Shown: one piece after another, positions 12,957 to 26,565 of the stretch | How positions within the stretch are numbered: position 1 is the stretch's first letter | Layout: each line of letters opens with the position of its first letter | DNA from: Octopus vulgaris | Taxonomy: Eukaryota | Direction of reading: 5' to 3' | DNA length: 64,000 bases | Assembly: GCA_951406725.2 (NCBI GenBank) | Contig: OX597820.1 | Location: 70,742,001 to 70,806,000 of the forward strand | Notes under the pieces: model-generated | What the model was told of the DNA's origin: nothing | Databases searched by the model: none | What the model saw: only the letters and a program-made list of their open reading frames with translations | Made by a program: the position numbers and the translations under genes

Positions 12957-13799
12957 TATCTTGCTGCCCTTTATTTAAAGTCGTTTTGTTTGAAATTAAT
13001 CTCATGTGGTCGCTTTTGGCAGCTTAGGATAACGAAAAAAAAAACCACGGGCTTCATTATTATTTAACCATTCATCAGGAATTTCAACTGTCCCCACTTC
13101 TGCTGGCGATGATAGCACCTGAAAGCTATTGATTAAAATGTAAACAAGTATGTTCCTAGGCATAGACACATTTGTACAATGAAACAAGCCTGACGGCCGA
13201 ATAATAATTACAAAATGGGTTATGATATTGTATATAAGTTTGTGTGTGAGAGAGAAAAGATTGTTTCCGTGCGTCAAAATGTAAGGCAGAGAATTTTACG
13301 TGCTTGTATGACAGTATGTGTGTGTGCATGTGAGTGAGAGTGTATATGCGCATTTATGTGCGCATATATGTGTGTGCGTGTTTCAGAAAGAGAAGGAGAT
13401 TGCTTGCTACTTACGTAGATGTATATATGTTTGGAAGTGACAGAAATAAAACGCGGAAAAATACATTGTTAATACGTGAGTGTGTGTGTGTAAACAAGAA
13501 AGAGAGAGAGAGAAGAACAAAAGAGAATTACTTACGTTCAGAAATTCATTTAGACTGATAATCCCCGTTACTACCGAACGCTGCAATCTATGTGCAACTA
13601 ACAAGGCAGGAATATTACCAAATAGCGTAGGCGTTTTGATGAATACCATGGAATGTCTTAAGTGTATTTTGGTCCATTTACCATTTATTTAACTAATTAT
13701 TCACTTGTTTGCATTGCTGTATTCAGTTCTATCATCTACAAGCCAAGATCATGTCTCTTCTTCAATTTCTGTTATGTTTCTGATCACAGTTAGCTGCGC

Positions 13800-13990
13800 A
13801 GCGAAGAAGTTTAACTAGACGATTACTGCATTTTGCCCGTCTTTGCGTTTTGAGTTCAAATTCCGCTGAGATCGATTTTGCCTTTCATCCTTTTAGAATC
13901 GATGAAATAAATGCCAGTTAAACGCTAGAGTCGATGTAATCAAAGAGTCCTCTCCACCAAAATTTGAAGCCTTATGCCTATAGTAGAAAG
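13800..13990 (+). mobile_element. SINE family B, diverged copy
   Basis: gagttcaaattccgc...gcctttcatcctt...gcctatagtagaaagg. Confidence 0.75.
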
Positions 13991-14115
13991 GACTACTACT
14001 TCTACTACTACTACTACTACTACTACTATAGTGTTCGTTTGACCAACCATTGATTTTTCAGTGGATTTTACTAAACAGAAATTGTGTAGCAACCCGACGC
14101 ATGCGCGCGCTCACA

Positions 14116-14158
<43 letters not shown>

Positions 14159-14604
14159 CATATAATAGTTACATATCCAGTGTAATCTATTAATATTTCC
14201 TTTTCGCATTACCGCTTTCAGTTCCATTTGATGACATTTTCCAGACATCTTGTAGATAAATCCAACAGCGGTGCTGAACAACATTTATCCGCAAAAAATA
14301 CGTAGTTTAAAAAAAAAACTGCTCTAGGAAAGAACTGTTTGAAAGAGAACAAAAAAATTGATGTCTTACTTTTATGGATGTAAGAATAGAAATGAAAATG
14401 TGGAAGTACCGTATGAATGTAGTTACTTAAGGGTTACCAAGCTACAGATACTTTGCTCTTTCCGCCTGACTTAAGGCTTAAGAACTCTACGCTCTACTCC
14501 CTCCTCTCCGTACAGGCACACAACGTATCGACATACAGCATATGTGGTTACAGACATCGGTATCAGGCTGATGTTGTTGCCTGTTGGATATTCAAAAGTC
14601 TTTG

Positions 14605-15280
14605 GATCGTTGTTGTTGTTGTTGATGTTGCTGTTAGTGGTGGTGGTGGCGGTGGTGGTGGTAGTGGTGGTGGTGGTGGCTGCAGCGGTGGTACTGACAG
14701 TAGCTTTGTCGGTGACTGCGATATCGGCGGCGGCAGTGGCACTGGTTGTGGTGGTGGTGGTGGTGGTGGTGGTGGTGGTGGTGGTGGTGGTGGCAGCGGC
14801 GGTGTGGCAGCGGCGGTGGCGGCGTCGGTGGCGGCGGTGGCGGCGGCGGTGGTGGCGGTAGTGGTGGTGATGGTGGTGACAGTAGTGGTATCGGTGACTG
14901 CCGTGTCGGTAGCAGCGGTGATAATGGTTGTGGTTGAGGTGGTGCTGGTGCTGGTGCTCGTGCTGGTGCTCGTGCTCGTGCTGGTGATGGTGGTGGCAGT
15001 AGTAGTGTCGGTGACTGCGGAGTCGGCAACAGCGGTGGCAATAATTGTGGTAGTGGTGGCGGCGGCGTTTGCGACGTTTACGGCGTTGATGGCGGTGGTG
15101 ATGGTAGTGGTGGCGGCGTTTGCGACGTTTACGGCGTTGACGGCTGCGGCGCAGGTGGTGGTGGTGATGGTGGTGGTGGTAGCGGCGCTTGTGACGTTTT
15201 CGGCGTTGACGGCGGTGGTGGAGGCCGCGGTGATGGCACTGATGTTGGTTGTTGACGACAGTGGTTACGGGGGATGACGA
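14605..15280. repeat. GC-rich cryptic trinucleotide (GGT/GGC/GCG) low-complexity tract
   Basis: Slippage-derived runs with local duplications (gcgtttgcgacgtttacggcgttga); similar tracts at 33610-33860 and 48100-48440. Confidence 0.85.
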
Positions 15281-15584
15281 GCGGTGTCTTTGCTGCGCTG
15301 CCAGCTGTAGTCATATTGTTCTTATTGATTGTGTTGTTGCTTGTTGCTGATATTTAGTCTCATCTACCCAAGATCAAAGACATTTCATTCAGCTTTTAAA
15401 ATACGCCAGGATACCCCATTACCTCATGTTATAGTCTTTATTTTATATGGAGTAGTTAATCTTGTTCTTATTGCAGTTGTTGTTGGTCGTTAATGAGTTA
15501 GTGAAGAATGGTGAGGATGGTAGTTTACTGGTTCTGTTGTTAATGGTAGGCGACAAATAGTGACGGTTATGAAAATAGATAGAC

Positions 15585-15667
<83 letters not shown>

Positions 15668-15895
15668 GCGAGAGAGAGATGAGTGTATGGTCTGCGTATG
15701 TGTGTTTATATATATTTATATTTCTAAGCGTATATGTCTGTTCGTGTTGTCGTACAGTCCAGAAAGATAACATTATCTGAAACCGAGGAAGTGCATGTAA
15801 TATCTTGTAATAATTGGCATTTAATAAGCTATGTAATATATATTGTATAATATTCCATAGTAATTTAGTAAATATGGTTACATCTAAAATAAATG

Positions 15896-16074
15896 TGGAA
15901 TAAGCTGCCGGACGAGATAGTGAAGATGCCGACGACCGCTCGGTTCAAAGTCTCTCTTGACCAGATATGGCCTGAACTCTTTACATGAACACCCTCCCTG
16001 TACATAACTCCATGTCCCCCTACATGGCCTTGCTTTTTGCTTTTTGGGCCAAAAAATTAACTTAACTTAACTTA
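15896..16074 (+). mobile_element. CR1-type LINE 3' end
   Basis: WNKLPDEIVKMPTTARFKVSLDQIWPELFT*, short 3' UTR, (AACTT)n tail. Confidence 0.8.
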
Positions 16075-16184
16075 AATGTAAACGAATTTACATTTTAGAT
16101 TCAACATGTAAAGTAGTTCTGAAACAAAAAGATAATCCGTAGACTTCGCATTGTGTGTATGTGTGTGTGTGTGTGTGTGTGTGT

Positions 16185-16228
<44 letters not shown>

Positions 16229-16382
16229 ATACATATACACACATACACACACACACATATACACATATATGCATTTTTTGGGAAGTTATCTATAAAATCA
16301 ATTTAGCATTAAATTGAAAGAATTACACAAGAGTTTTTAATGGAGTATTTATGAATTTTTAACAAGGGAACGTTTGACAGTA

Positions 16383-16449
16383 ACTTCGAAGTTTCAGCTT
16401 GCTCGCCGTCATCACTATGGTAACGGTGAGCAAGCTGAAACTTCGAAGT
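16383..16449. repeat. Near-perfect hairpin, 27-bp stem and 13-nt loop
   Basis: acttcgaagtttcagcttgctcgccgt / acggtgagcaagctgaaacttcgaagt (one G-U pair). Confidence 0.9.
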
Positions 16450-17505
16450 CATTTTTCATTGCAAAAGGGAATTCGCACACGTGCGCGCGCACGCACACAT
16501 ACATTTATGCATATACACATACATCACCCACGCACGTACACACGTATACATTTACACATAAACACACACACATGTTCACACACACATACAGACACATACC
16601 AACAGGTATTCTTATAGCACTCTCTTTCTATTAAAACCACAATTACCCTTCCAGCTTCTGTTTAGTCAGCGGTCGAACATGTTAAGATAACCCACACGCA
16701 TTTTCCCCTGGGTCTTTTCTTCCATGTCTCTTCCTGGATTTTCTTGTGGTGTCTGATGAAGGACTATGTCCCAAACGTTATAGTTTATAACCTATTTCCT
16801 TCTTTGTGTGTCTACCTAAGAATAGTATTATATTCCCTTGAACTTTTTTTTCTCTTTATCTTATATATATAATACAGTCTACATTTAGACACATTAAGAG
16901 GTTTCCATCATAGGACTCCCTTACGCTAGAAGGAACAGCTAAAGTCCAAACCACTAATTAGGGATAAATTCTCGAAGGGAATGAAAAATAAAAACATTTA
17001 CCATCTATTTCCTGGACCATGGTTTCTGACTTATTTTAGCAATAATAATTTTATGAATAATATATTGTCTATTGACTAATTTTTCTATACGCGAGGCCAC
17101 TGGTAGTAAAAATTTCTAAAATCTTTATAAACCCTCCTCGAAGTCACTGTCAATAATATTTTTATTAAAGAATAATATTTATGTTCTCTACAATACTACG
17201 GAGTAACTATTTATATTAATGTAAAATTGTTTTTTTATTATAACTGAACATAAAAACAATTAGTATGTGTATGCATGCATGTATGTATGTATGTATGTAT
17301 GTATGTATGTATGTATATATGTATGTATGTAGAGTCGGACCTAAGGAGGAGACTGAGAGGCACATGCCCCACTCACTAAAAGAAATGCGCCCTTATGAAT
17401 GTTATTACACCCTTTTCTCTGGGAATTGTATTCCTTTCTGTCCTTGTGCACTCCCTTCGAAAACTTCCTAGGACCGCGCCTGGTATGTATGTATGTATGT
17501 ATGTA

Positions 17506-17538
<33 letters not shown>

Positions 17539-17559
17539 ATGTATGTATGTATGTATGTA

Positions 17560-17610
<51 letters not shown>

Positions 17611-18036
17611 GGACCGTTCTGTCATGTTGTATTTGCAGGGCAACAATACCCAGTGTGTCCTTTTTTTGAGGACGATTTGTACTTCAAAGGAATTTGTGAA
17701 AGTAATAATTATTTTATCATGTGACCAAGTGATATTTAATCCCTTCACACACACACACACGCACACCCAAACACTCACAAACACAAACACAAACACACGA
17801 TAGCAATGTATGGAAGACAAGCTAACACAGATTACATAACACAAGATTTATTGAATCTTTCGATGTGAAAAGGAAGTAAAATATATTATCGTTCAAAATA
17901 TAAACAGATATCTCTGTATATCTAAACAGCTTCTCATGACCAATAATCTTTCAGATACAAGGAGAAGAATAGTTTATCTCGTTTGCTTCCAACAACGCCG
18001 AGTACTTTCAATTTTTAATTTTCAGTTTTATTTTCA

Positions 18037-18608
18037 AGGCGGCGAACTGGCAGAATCGTTAGCACGCCGGGCGAAATGCTGAGCGGTATTTCGTCTGCCG
18101 TTACGTTCTGAGTTCAAATTCCGCCGAGGTCGACTTTCCCTTTCATCCTTTCGGGGTCGATAAATTAAGTACCAGTTACGAACTGGGGTCGATGTAATCG
18201 ACTTAATACCTATGTCTGTCCTTGTTTGTTCCCTCTGTGTTTAGCCCCTTGTGGGTAATAAAGAAATAGGTATTTCGTCTGCCGTTACGTTCTGAGTTCA
18301 AATTCCGCCGAGGTCGACTTTCCCTTTCATCCTTTCGGGGTCGATAAATTAAGTACCAGTTACGCAATGGGGTCGATGTAATCGACTTAATACCTTTGTC
18401 TATCCTTGTTTGTCCCGTCTGTGTTTAGACCCTTGTGGGCAATAAAGAAATAAGTATTTCGCCTGTCTTTGCGTTCTGAGTTCAAATTCCGCCGAGGTGA
18501 CTTTGCCTTTCGGGGTCGATAAATTAAGCACCAGTTGCGTACAGGAATCGATCTAATCGACTGGCTCCACTCCCTAAAAATTTCGGGCCTTGTGCCTAGA
18601 GTAGGAAA
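18037..18608 (+). mobile_element. SINE family B, three nested or tandem units
   Basis: Head ggcggcgaacTGGCAGAATCG...GAGTTCAAATTCC; central gcctttcatcctttcggggtcgataaattaagtacc (recalled as Deu/Nin-like, unverified); unit restarts at ~18271 and ~18455. Confidence 0.9.
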
Positions 18609-18783
18609 TAATATAAATGTATTCACCACTCAAACCTACATTAACCATCAATAAATTTATACGAAGGGATGTTATGTTTTTTTGGCATTAAATTGCACAA
18701 ACTAGTCTATGTCTTTATTTCATTGTTTGGGGCTTAATTCTTGCTGGATTTGACACTACCTAACGGTTTGCTTGCTCTCTTAT

Positions 18784-18853
<70 letters not shown>

Positions 18854-19048
18854 TCTCTCTCTCTCTCGATACCCCCTTTGGTCTCTATTTTTCAATTAAA
18901 TATACAGCATAACTCGATACAGAGGCGGGCAAAAATAGTTATACAATTGCTTAATATGAGTGCAATGTTCTTTTCATTTCTCTGTTTCATTTAAACCTAA
19001 GCTATTCGTAGCTCAACTATGCAACTGTACACCTTGTGTCCACCACTG

Positions 19049-19135
<87 letters not shown>

Positions 19136-19519
19136 ATATGTATGTATGTATGTATGTTGATATAATTAGGAAGAAATAATTAAGTTTTCTCTGAATAGTT
19201 TGTGCCATTTCCGTCGACTCTTGAATGTTTCATGCTGCTAACGATAGAAACATTCACAGGAGTTTCTGTAACCATGAAGATTTTCAATTTGATTAATCTC
19301 AGAATTATGATAATCCTCAACGAGCTGCAAATGGCTTGCTTTAGATAAAAGCAATTCCGTGTGGTTTCAATCGACTTTATAAGCTGTAAGATCCATGAGA
19401 GAATTTGACTGTTAATGTACGATAATATAAAGTAAGTGGCTGCGAATCGTAGGTTCATAGTGTCGGTTACACGGTCACCATAGCATATAAGCGAGTTAGA
19501 TCATAACGTTCACGACACC

Positions 19520-19682
19520 TCACGGAACGGGATGCCAGCTCACCGCAAGTATATTCCTTTACAGCTGAGTTGACTGGAGCAACTTGAAATGAAGTGTTTC
19601 GCTCAAGAACTCGATGCTCCGCCCTGTCCGAGAATCGAAATCGCGATCTTGCAATCGTGAATACAACACCCTAACCACTAAG
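19520..19682 (-). mobile_element. SINE family C, diverged
   Basis: cagctgagttgactggagcaacttgaaatgaagtgtttcgctcaagaac...ccctaaccactaagc. Confidence 0.75.
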
Positions 19683-21267
19683 CTTTCACATTAATATAAT
19701 ACTCAGTATTTAAAGAATTCTACTGCTGTTAACATTTTTAAAACAATATTCCTTGGGTATGTTTGTATCTGTCACAAACATATCACAACGCTTTTGATAA
19801 TATATAGACAGGCGATCACCCAGAAGCAAGCCTGTGATATTCCGATGTCCTACAGATATAGATTACTCACAAATTATCTCTAGTATCATATCTAGCTGAC
19901 TTGTTTGAACAGAACCTCAATTCCTAATGGCCAAGAAACTCAATCTGATAATCATTGAAAGAATTTCTCCATCACGAGGACAACGTTAGTGTGAGAAATA
20001 AATATTTATTATGAGGTCAATGAATGGCAAACAAGAAATGGTGATAATAATGATCTTATTATGCCAATAGGAAAAGTAAATTCAAGAACCATTGGAATAA
20101 TAAAACGAGTCAAAGACCGAAGTATTCTAGAGGAATATAAATTATATTCCCAATAAAATCCACCTCCGTAAATTTAGGTGAACGATTTTTCCAGAGCTTT
20201 CACATTTACAGCAATTAATGGAATATAAATACGGTAGATAATGATATGTTATAGTGTATTTAGTACGGAGAACATTCCTCTGATGGATTTTCGCTTGGTC
20301 ATATTGTTGATAGTTATAATTGGTGTCATTTTGTTCACTCTGTTTCTACATATGTCTCCAACTGAACAGAATATATTTCGCTGAGGAAGTCAGTAATATC
20401 GAAACAGTAATGTGGAAATATTACCGACCCTAGTTAGCTTTAAGAACTAAATCTTCTCAAATCGGCATTTTCTACGCTGGCCAAAATTTTACTTCAACTC
20501 AGCTTATTGAAGTTTCCTCCTTTGCCTGTTGTGGAGTTGTTTTCCTTTTTTTACCGATATTAAACACACCTGGGAGTTTTTCTCCGTTAGTCGCTTGGAT
20601 AATTGATCGAAGTTCTTTTATTCGCTATATTGCATATGTGACATCTTACAGCAATTGATAAAAAAAATAATGTGTTGTTAACATGATATGAAATCTAAAG
20701 AGTTTGAATTAAATTTCAGGCTTTCACGAATGCTAGTCTCTTGTTGAAATTGTTCTTATTGTTGAAAATGCATGGTATGAATCTCGTGATACATATGTTG
20801 TACGATGGGTACTGGAAAGAAGCAAAAACTCAAAAGAGAACAGTGAACATAGTAAAAACTGATTAGCAATTAGCTCGAATGCTACCGAAGTTTTCCCCAC
20901 CGGTTTCTTCTTCAGAGAATGCTGATGACCAAAAGAAAATAATAACAAAAATAATAAATAAAAATAAACAAGAGATTAGAAACAAGGAAACATACTCTAA
21001 TTTAAAATTTATTTATTTCCAACAAGGCACAAATCCGTATACGTACAGGTGGAATATAAAGGAACATTGTGTATTCCCGCTCAATTTTAAATTTGCCTAA
21101 TTTAATTCCATGCTTGGTAGAATCAATACATAGTACAGCTATATATTAATGATAGAATTAATTTGTAAAATAAATAAAAGAATTTATTACGTTTTTCAAT
21201 AAATTCAGATTTCTAAATTCAAATGTCCTCTGTTATTATATACACAAACCGTAATACAATTCCGACG

Positions 21268-21315
21268 TTCTCTGGCTTTCACTCAGGCGGCGCGGGTCCG
21301 ATTCCCGACATAGCA
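21268..21315 (+). pseudogene. tRNA-Glu(TTC)-like 3' fragment
   Basis: ctggcTTTCactcaggcggcgcgggtccgattcccg resembles the anticodon and T arms of tRNA-Glu; 5' half missing. Confidence 0.55.
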
Positions 21316-21326
21316 TCATGTTATTA

Positions 21327-21478
21327 AGCGCATATATGTCTGTGTGGTTAAAAAGGTCACTTTGCAACTTTGCAATTCTACTGCACAGCGCCTTCGACCC
21401 TAACCCTAACCTTACAGCTCCTGCGACTAGTGTCTTGTGAGTGAATTTAGCAAGCGGAAACCGTGTGGAAGCCTATCG

Positions 21479-21566
<88 letters not shown>

Positions 21567-21768
21567 TGTGCATGTGTGTGTGTGTTAATGTTTGTCTTCG
21601 TCCCACCTCTTGACATTGTTACCAAGCTGTTCGGCAAAGGGACTCCATAGAATAAGTTCTAGATTTTTAAAATAAGTACTGACGTCCATTTGTTCGACTA
21701 AATCCTTCGAAGCGTTGCTGCAGCATTGCCGCAATTCAATAACTGAAACAAGTAAAAGAATAAAAGAA
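21327..21768 (+). mobile_element. SINE family A, diverged
   Basis: Head, gtggaagcctatcg, (TG)n and the 3' actgaaacaagtaaaaga tail. Confidence 0.75.
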
Positions 21769-21841
21769 ATTCAAAAATATAAAGAGTAAACCACGCGCAC
21801 ATACACACACACACAGTAAAACATAGGTACATCATGTCTGT

Positions 21842-22218
21842 GGAGGCGCAATGGCCCAGTGTTTAGGGTAGCGGACTCGCGGACGTAGGATAGTGGTTTC
21901 GATTCCCAGGCCGGGCGTTGTGAGTGTTTATGGAACGAAAACATCTAAAGCTCCACGAAGCTCCGGCTGGTGGAGGGCGAACCATGCTGTACTCTTTCAC
22001 CACAACTTTCTCTCACTCTTTCTTCCTGTTTCTGTTGTACCTGTATTTGGAAAGGCCATCCCTGTCACACACTGTGTCACGCTGAATCTCCCCGAGAACT
22101 ACATTAAGGGTACACGTGTCTGTGGAATGCTCAGCCATTTGCACGTCAATTTCACGAGCAGGCTGTTCCGTTGATCGGATCGACTGGAACCCTCGTCGTC
22201 GTAACCGACGGAGTGCCA
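21842..22218 (+). mobile_element. SINE family C, full length
   Basis: ggaggcgcaaTGGCCCAGTG...GTTTCGATTCC head; 3' ccctcgtcgtcgtaaccgacggagtgcca. Confidence 0.9.
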
Positions 22219-22727
22219 CATCGTGTCTAATATGTGAACTGACAAAATGAAACAAAAAAATAAGTTGTGAGTGAAACTAGCCAGTCACTATGAAAATAAA
22301 CAGAGAAACAGATTAACTAAAATACAGAAAATATTTATGTCAATATTATTAGAAAATATGTTCGTGACATTTTACAACGCTTAGAACAAATGTTGGTGGG
22401 AGAGAATTTAATTGAAAACAGATTCAATATTAGGATGACTTTCTTTGGCATTCTGTCCAAAAGTTCTTTGTATTGTTGGCTTAACATTGTTCTAGTGAGA
22501 TGAGACATCATTTCCTTGTTGAAGAACGATGAACATGAGAAATTGGTACAACGTCGGAATAAAATGTCTCGCTGTGTTTAGTTACGCTTCTCTGCGTTTC
22601 GAGATCGAATCTTGCCGAAGTTAGTCTTTTAAATGGCCAATAAAATAAAGTCAAAAAGAAGGGGAGATATATATGGTTCCCTTCTTTCACATTTATATAG
22701 CGTTGTGCTGTTGTTAGAGACCAATAT

Positions 22728-23160
22728 TGGTTTCAAATTTTGGCACAAGGCCAGGAATTTGGGGTGGGGTAGTACTAGTTGATTACACTGACTCCAGTGT
22801 TCAACTGATACTTAATTTATCGAACCCTGAAAGGATGAAAGGCGAATTCGACCTCAACGGAATTTGAACCCAGAACGTGCAGACAGACGAAATGCCGCTA
22901 TGCATTTTGCCCGGCGTGTTAACGATTCTTATTTCTTTACTACCCACAAGGGGCTAAACACAGAGTGGACAAACAAGGACAGACAAACGGATTAAGTCGA
23001 TTATATCGATCCTAGTGCGTAACTGGTACTTATTTAATCGATTCCGAAAGGATGAAAAGCAAAGTCGACCTCGGCGGAATTTGAACTCAGAACGTAGCGG
23101 CAGACGAAATTACGGCTACGCATTTCGCCCGGCGTGCTAACGTTTCTGCCAGCTCACCAC
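22728..23160 (-). mobile_element. SINE family B, two nested units
   Basis: Reverse complement of the 18037 unit; junction at ~22930. Confidence 0.88.
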
Positions 23161-23597
23161 CGTTGTTAGAAATCAATATTAACAGAAGTATAAGGGCGAT
23201 AGATCGGCATAACTTGTAGTACTCGATTAGGTCCCTTTGCGTTCTAATTTCAAATTTCGCCGAATGCAATACTCCCTTTCGCTCCTTTAAGGTAGATAAA
23301 TTAAGTCCTATTCAACTGGATATGTTGACTAAGGTGGATACAACTGTTCCATCCACCAAAATTTCAAGCCATGTGTCTAATAACAATATTAACCAATATT
23401 AACTAATATTGGTTTCAGATTTTAGCACAAGGCCAACAATTTCAAGGAAGTGAGTAAGTAGATTACATCGACCCAAGCATTTAACTGGTACTTATTTTAT
23501 CGATTCCAAAAGGTTGAAAGGCGAAATCGACCTTGGCGGAATTGGAACTCAGAACATAAATAATCAAATATATATATTTGAAATAACGTGTCTATGG

Positions 23598-23932
23598 TCG
23601 CAGGTATGACTGTGGTTAAGAAGCTTGTTTTACAACCACTACGCGGCACCTTGAGCAAGTGTCTTCCACTATAGCCCCAGGCCGACCAATGCCTCGTGAG
23701 TGAATATGGTAGACGGAAACTGTGTGGAAACCCGTCGTGCGTATATATGTGTAGGTGTGTTGTGTCTGTATAGTATCCTACAACACTTGACAACTAGTGT
23801 TGATATATGACCATGTAACTTAGAGATTCAATAAAAGAGACTGATAGTACCAGAGTCGATTCATAAGTACTTGAATCCCTTCACGGTGATGCTCCAGCAT
23901 AGTCACAACCCATTGAGTGAAACAAGTAAAAA
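23598..23932 (+). mobile_element. SINE family A, diverged (adjacent to B copies at ~23200-23555)
   Basis: caccttgagcaagtgtcttccactatagcc...agacggaaactgtgtgg. Confidence 0.75.
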
Positions 23933-24107
23933 TAGACGATGATATATAACTTTCCCTCTGCCCCGTAAAAATCTGTATAAAAACAGAATTGTAAAAGCAG
24001 AAATACCACGTTTTGGAACACGTCAGAAGCAAAGATTTTTTTTACATGATTCCTATACATTAGGCACTTGTAACTTAGAGAGAATAACGCCGAAAAGCAG
24101 AGAAAAT

Positions 24108-24185
24108 ATGCGGTTACAGAATTAAAGATGATATACTAAATCAAATATTTTATATGGATGACTTGAAATTGTTTGAGAAACCAAG
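24108..24185 (+). mobile_element. RLE-type (R4/Dong-like) RT motif remnant
   Basis: CGYRIKDDILNQIFYMDDLKLFEK (YMDDLKL motif). Confidence 0.6.
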
Positions 24186-24546
24186 AAAGTGTGTTATTTT
24201 TCCTGACAATTTGAGTGCTCGGCAAAAATATAAGGATGGAAATGACGATAGAAAATGTACCATAACTCTATATACATATATATGTAAAAAATAATAATAA
24301 TAATACGGTAAAATAGACAAGAACAAATTATCTTTATTAAAAGGAAATGGATGAGGCATTAAAGAAGCTCGGAAACCTGGAAACAGAAATATTTTAAGGT
24401 AGACCAGGTACAATATAAAGTGATTAAACAGTAAATCAAGAAATTAAAAGAGGATGCATAATGAACGAATCTAGTGCCAAGCAGCGAGATTTATACAAAT
24501 AACATAGAGACCCCCTCATTGTAATGTCAATATTGTTTGTGAGGTA

Positions 24547-25159
24547 AAGCGATGAGCTGGCAGAACCGTTAGCACCCCGGGCGAAATGCGTAGACGTATT
24601 TCGTCTGCCGTTACGTTCTGAGTTCAAATTCCGCCGAGGTCGACTTTGCCTTTCATCCTTTCGGGGTCAATAAATTAAGTACCAGTTACGCACTGGGGTC
24701 AATGTAATCGACTTAATCCGTGTGTGTGTCCTTGTTTGTTCCCTCTATGTTAGCCCCTTGTGGGCAATAAAGAAATAAGAAACGTTAGGAAGCCGGGCGA
24801 AATGCTTAGCTGTATTTCGTCCGCCACTTCGTTCTGAGTTCAAATTCCGTTGAGGTCGACTTTGCCTTTCATCCTTTCGGGGTCGATAAATTAAGTACCA
24901 GTTTCGCACTTGGGTCGATATAATCGACTTAATCCGTTTGTCTGTCCTTGTTCGTCCCCTCTGTGTTTAGCACCTTGTGGGTAGTAAAGAAATAGGTATT
25001 TCGTCTGTCTGCACGTTCTGAGTTCAAATTCCACCGAGATCGGCTTTGCCTTTCATCCTTTTGGGGTCGATAAGTTACGTACCAGTTGCGTACTGGAGTC
25101 GATCTAATCGACTGGCCCCCTCCCCAAAATTTTCGGGCCTTGTGCCTAGAGTAGAAAAG
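24547..25159 (+). mobile_element. SINE family B, three nested units
   Basis: Restarts at ~24780 and ~24998; last unit ends in the alternative gggccttgtgcctagagtagaaaag tail. Confidence 0.9.
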
Positions 25160-25434
25160 AATTTTGCATGTGAGGTAATAAGATCGAAAGCCAATGTTGG
25201 AAGTCATACAGCTATATGCTGTGCAGATGACGTTTTCGACAAGAGTCAGTAATATTTTTATATTTAAGCACAAAACCAAGACTCAAAAGATATCAATTAA
25301 AAGTGCAGATGGAATGTCTGATTTTATATACAGAATTTTAATGCCTAGCTGCAAACATTTTTTTCAGAAGAAACTAATAATGCAGGGGTTAATATTATTT
25401 GTAGACCATAAGGCAGTGAGCTGGCACATTTTTT

Positions 25435-25483
<49 letters not shown>

Positions 25484-26340
25484 CCATAATCATCACCATC
25501 ATCGTCATCATCAATATTTAACGTCTGTTTTCCATGCTGGCATGGATTGGACAAACGCCGAGCAAAATGCTTGATGATATTTCGTCCGTCTTTACGTTCG
25601 AAATTCAAATTCCAGCAACTTGCTTTTCATCTTTTCAGAATCAAAAAAAAAAAAAAGTACCAGTTAAGTGCCGGGGTCGATGTAATTGACTTCCCCCACT
25701 CCCACCATCTTGCTGACCTCGTACCAAAATCTGAAACCAATATTATATGTCCCATCATTTCTATCAGTCCAATCCTTCCTTTCAAAGCTGCAAACGCGCA
25801 TGAACACGATTAAATCAGCATCTATTTTCATTAAGTGAAAGCGTGTGGCCTTATAGATTAGGACGTTGCTCTCACGATCGCAAGATCGTCGTTTCAATCC
25901 CGGGCTGCATATTTTATTCGTGAGCAAAACACTTTAATTCGCATTGTTCCCAACCACTCAGCAGCAAATGTGTAAGGCTGCGACAGACTGATACCCCGTT
26001 CAGGGAAAATGTGCCCTCGGTCACTTATAAATGCTTTGGAAACTGGGTAAGCGGTTCTATAAGTCATAGGCTTTGAGACAGAAATGTTCAGGGCTTGATG
26101 GTAATGATGATGGGGACGAGAAGAAGGAATATACTGACACTTCAGCATGAAAACGATTAAGAAGTGGTGTAACCTAATATAAAATACTGTAGAATGGTAA
26201 CGACCTGGCCACGATTATCTGCGATTCACCTGTCCAGGTTGATTACGAGGTCAAAGTAAAAGAGATATTCTGGTTTAGTTGGTCTTTTACGTCGCCGGCC
26301 GACGGTATTGCAGTAACAGCAATTTCACCTCTGCTTAAAG

Positions 26341-26565
26341 TCGGCGAGCTGGCAGAAACTTTAGCACACCGGGCGAAATACTTAGCGGTATTTCGTCTGC
26401 CGTTACGTTCTGAGTTCAAATTCCGCCGAGGTCAACTTTGCCTTTCATCCTTTCGGGATCGATAAATTAAGCACCAGTTACGCACTGGGGTCGACTTAAT
26501 TCCTTTGTCTGTCCTTGTTTGTACCCTCTATGTTTAGCCCGTTGTGGGCAATAAAAAAATAAGAA
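26341..26565 (+). mobile_element. SINE family B, single unit
   Basis: Full head, core and tail ending aataaaaaaataagaa. Confidence 0.88.

Noticed and set aside
14453-15277. 274-aa ORF and overlapping ORFs
   Set aside because: Open only because of GGT/GCG slippage repeats; no domain; the same holds for 33563-33933 and 47998-48449
19199-19430. Possible exon (ag...gtaagt)
   Set aside because: Stops in all three frames
20380-20420. CTGAGGA...GAAAcagTA, and a similar motif at ~54860-54890
   Set aside because: Stems I and II do not pair convincingly; too degenerate to call
20720-20862. Protein-like stretch after tttcag
   Set aside because: Short, one frame has an internal stop, no recognisable domain or partner exons
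21398-21412. (CCCTAA)2 telomere-like repeat
   Set aside because: Only about two units; compatible with chance
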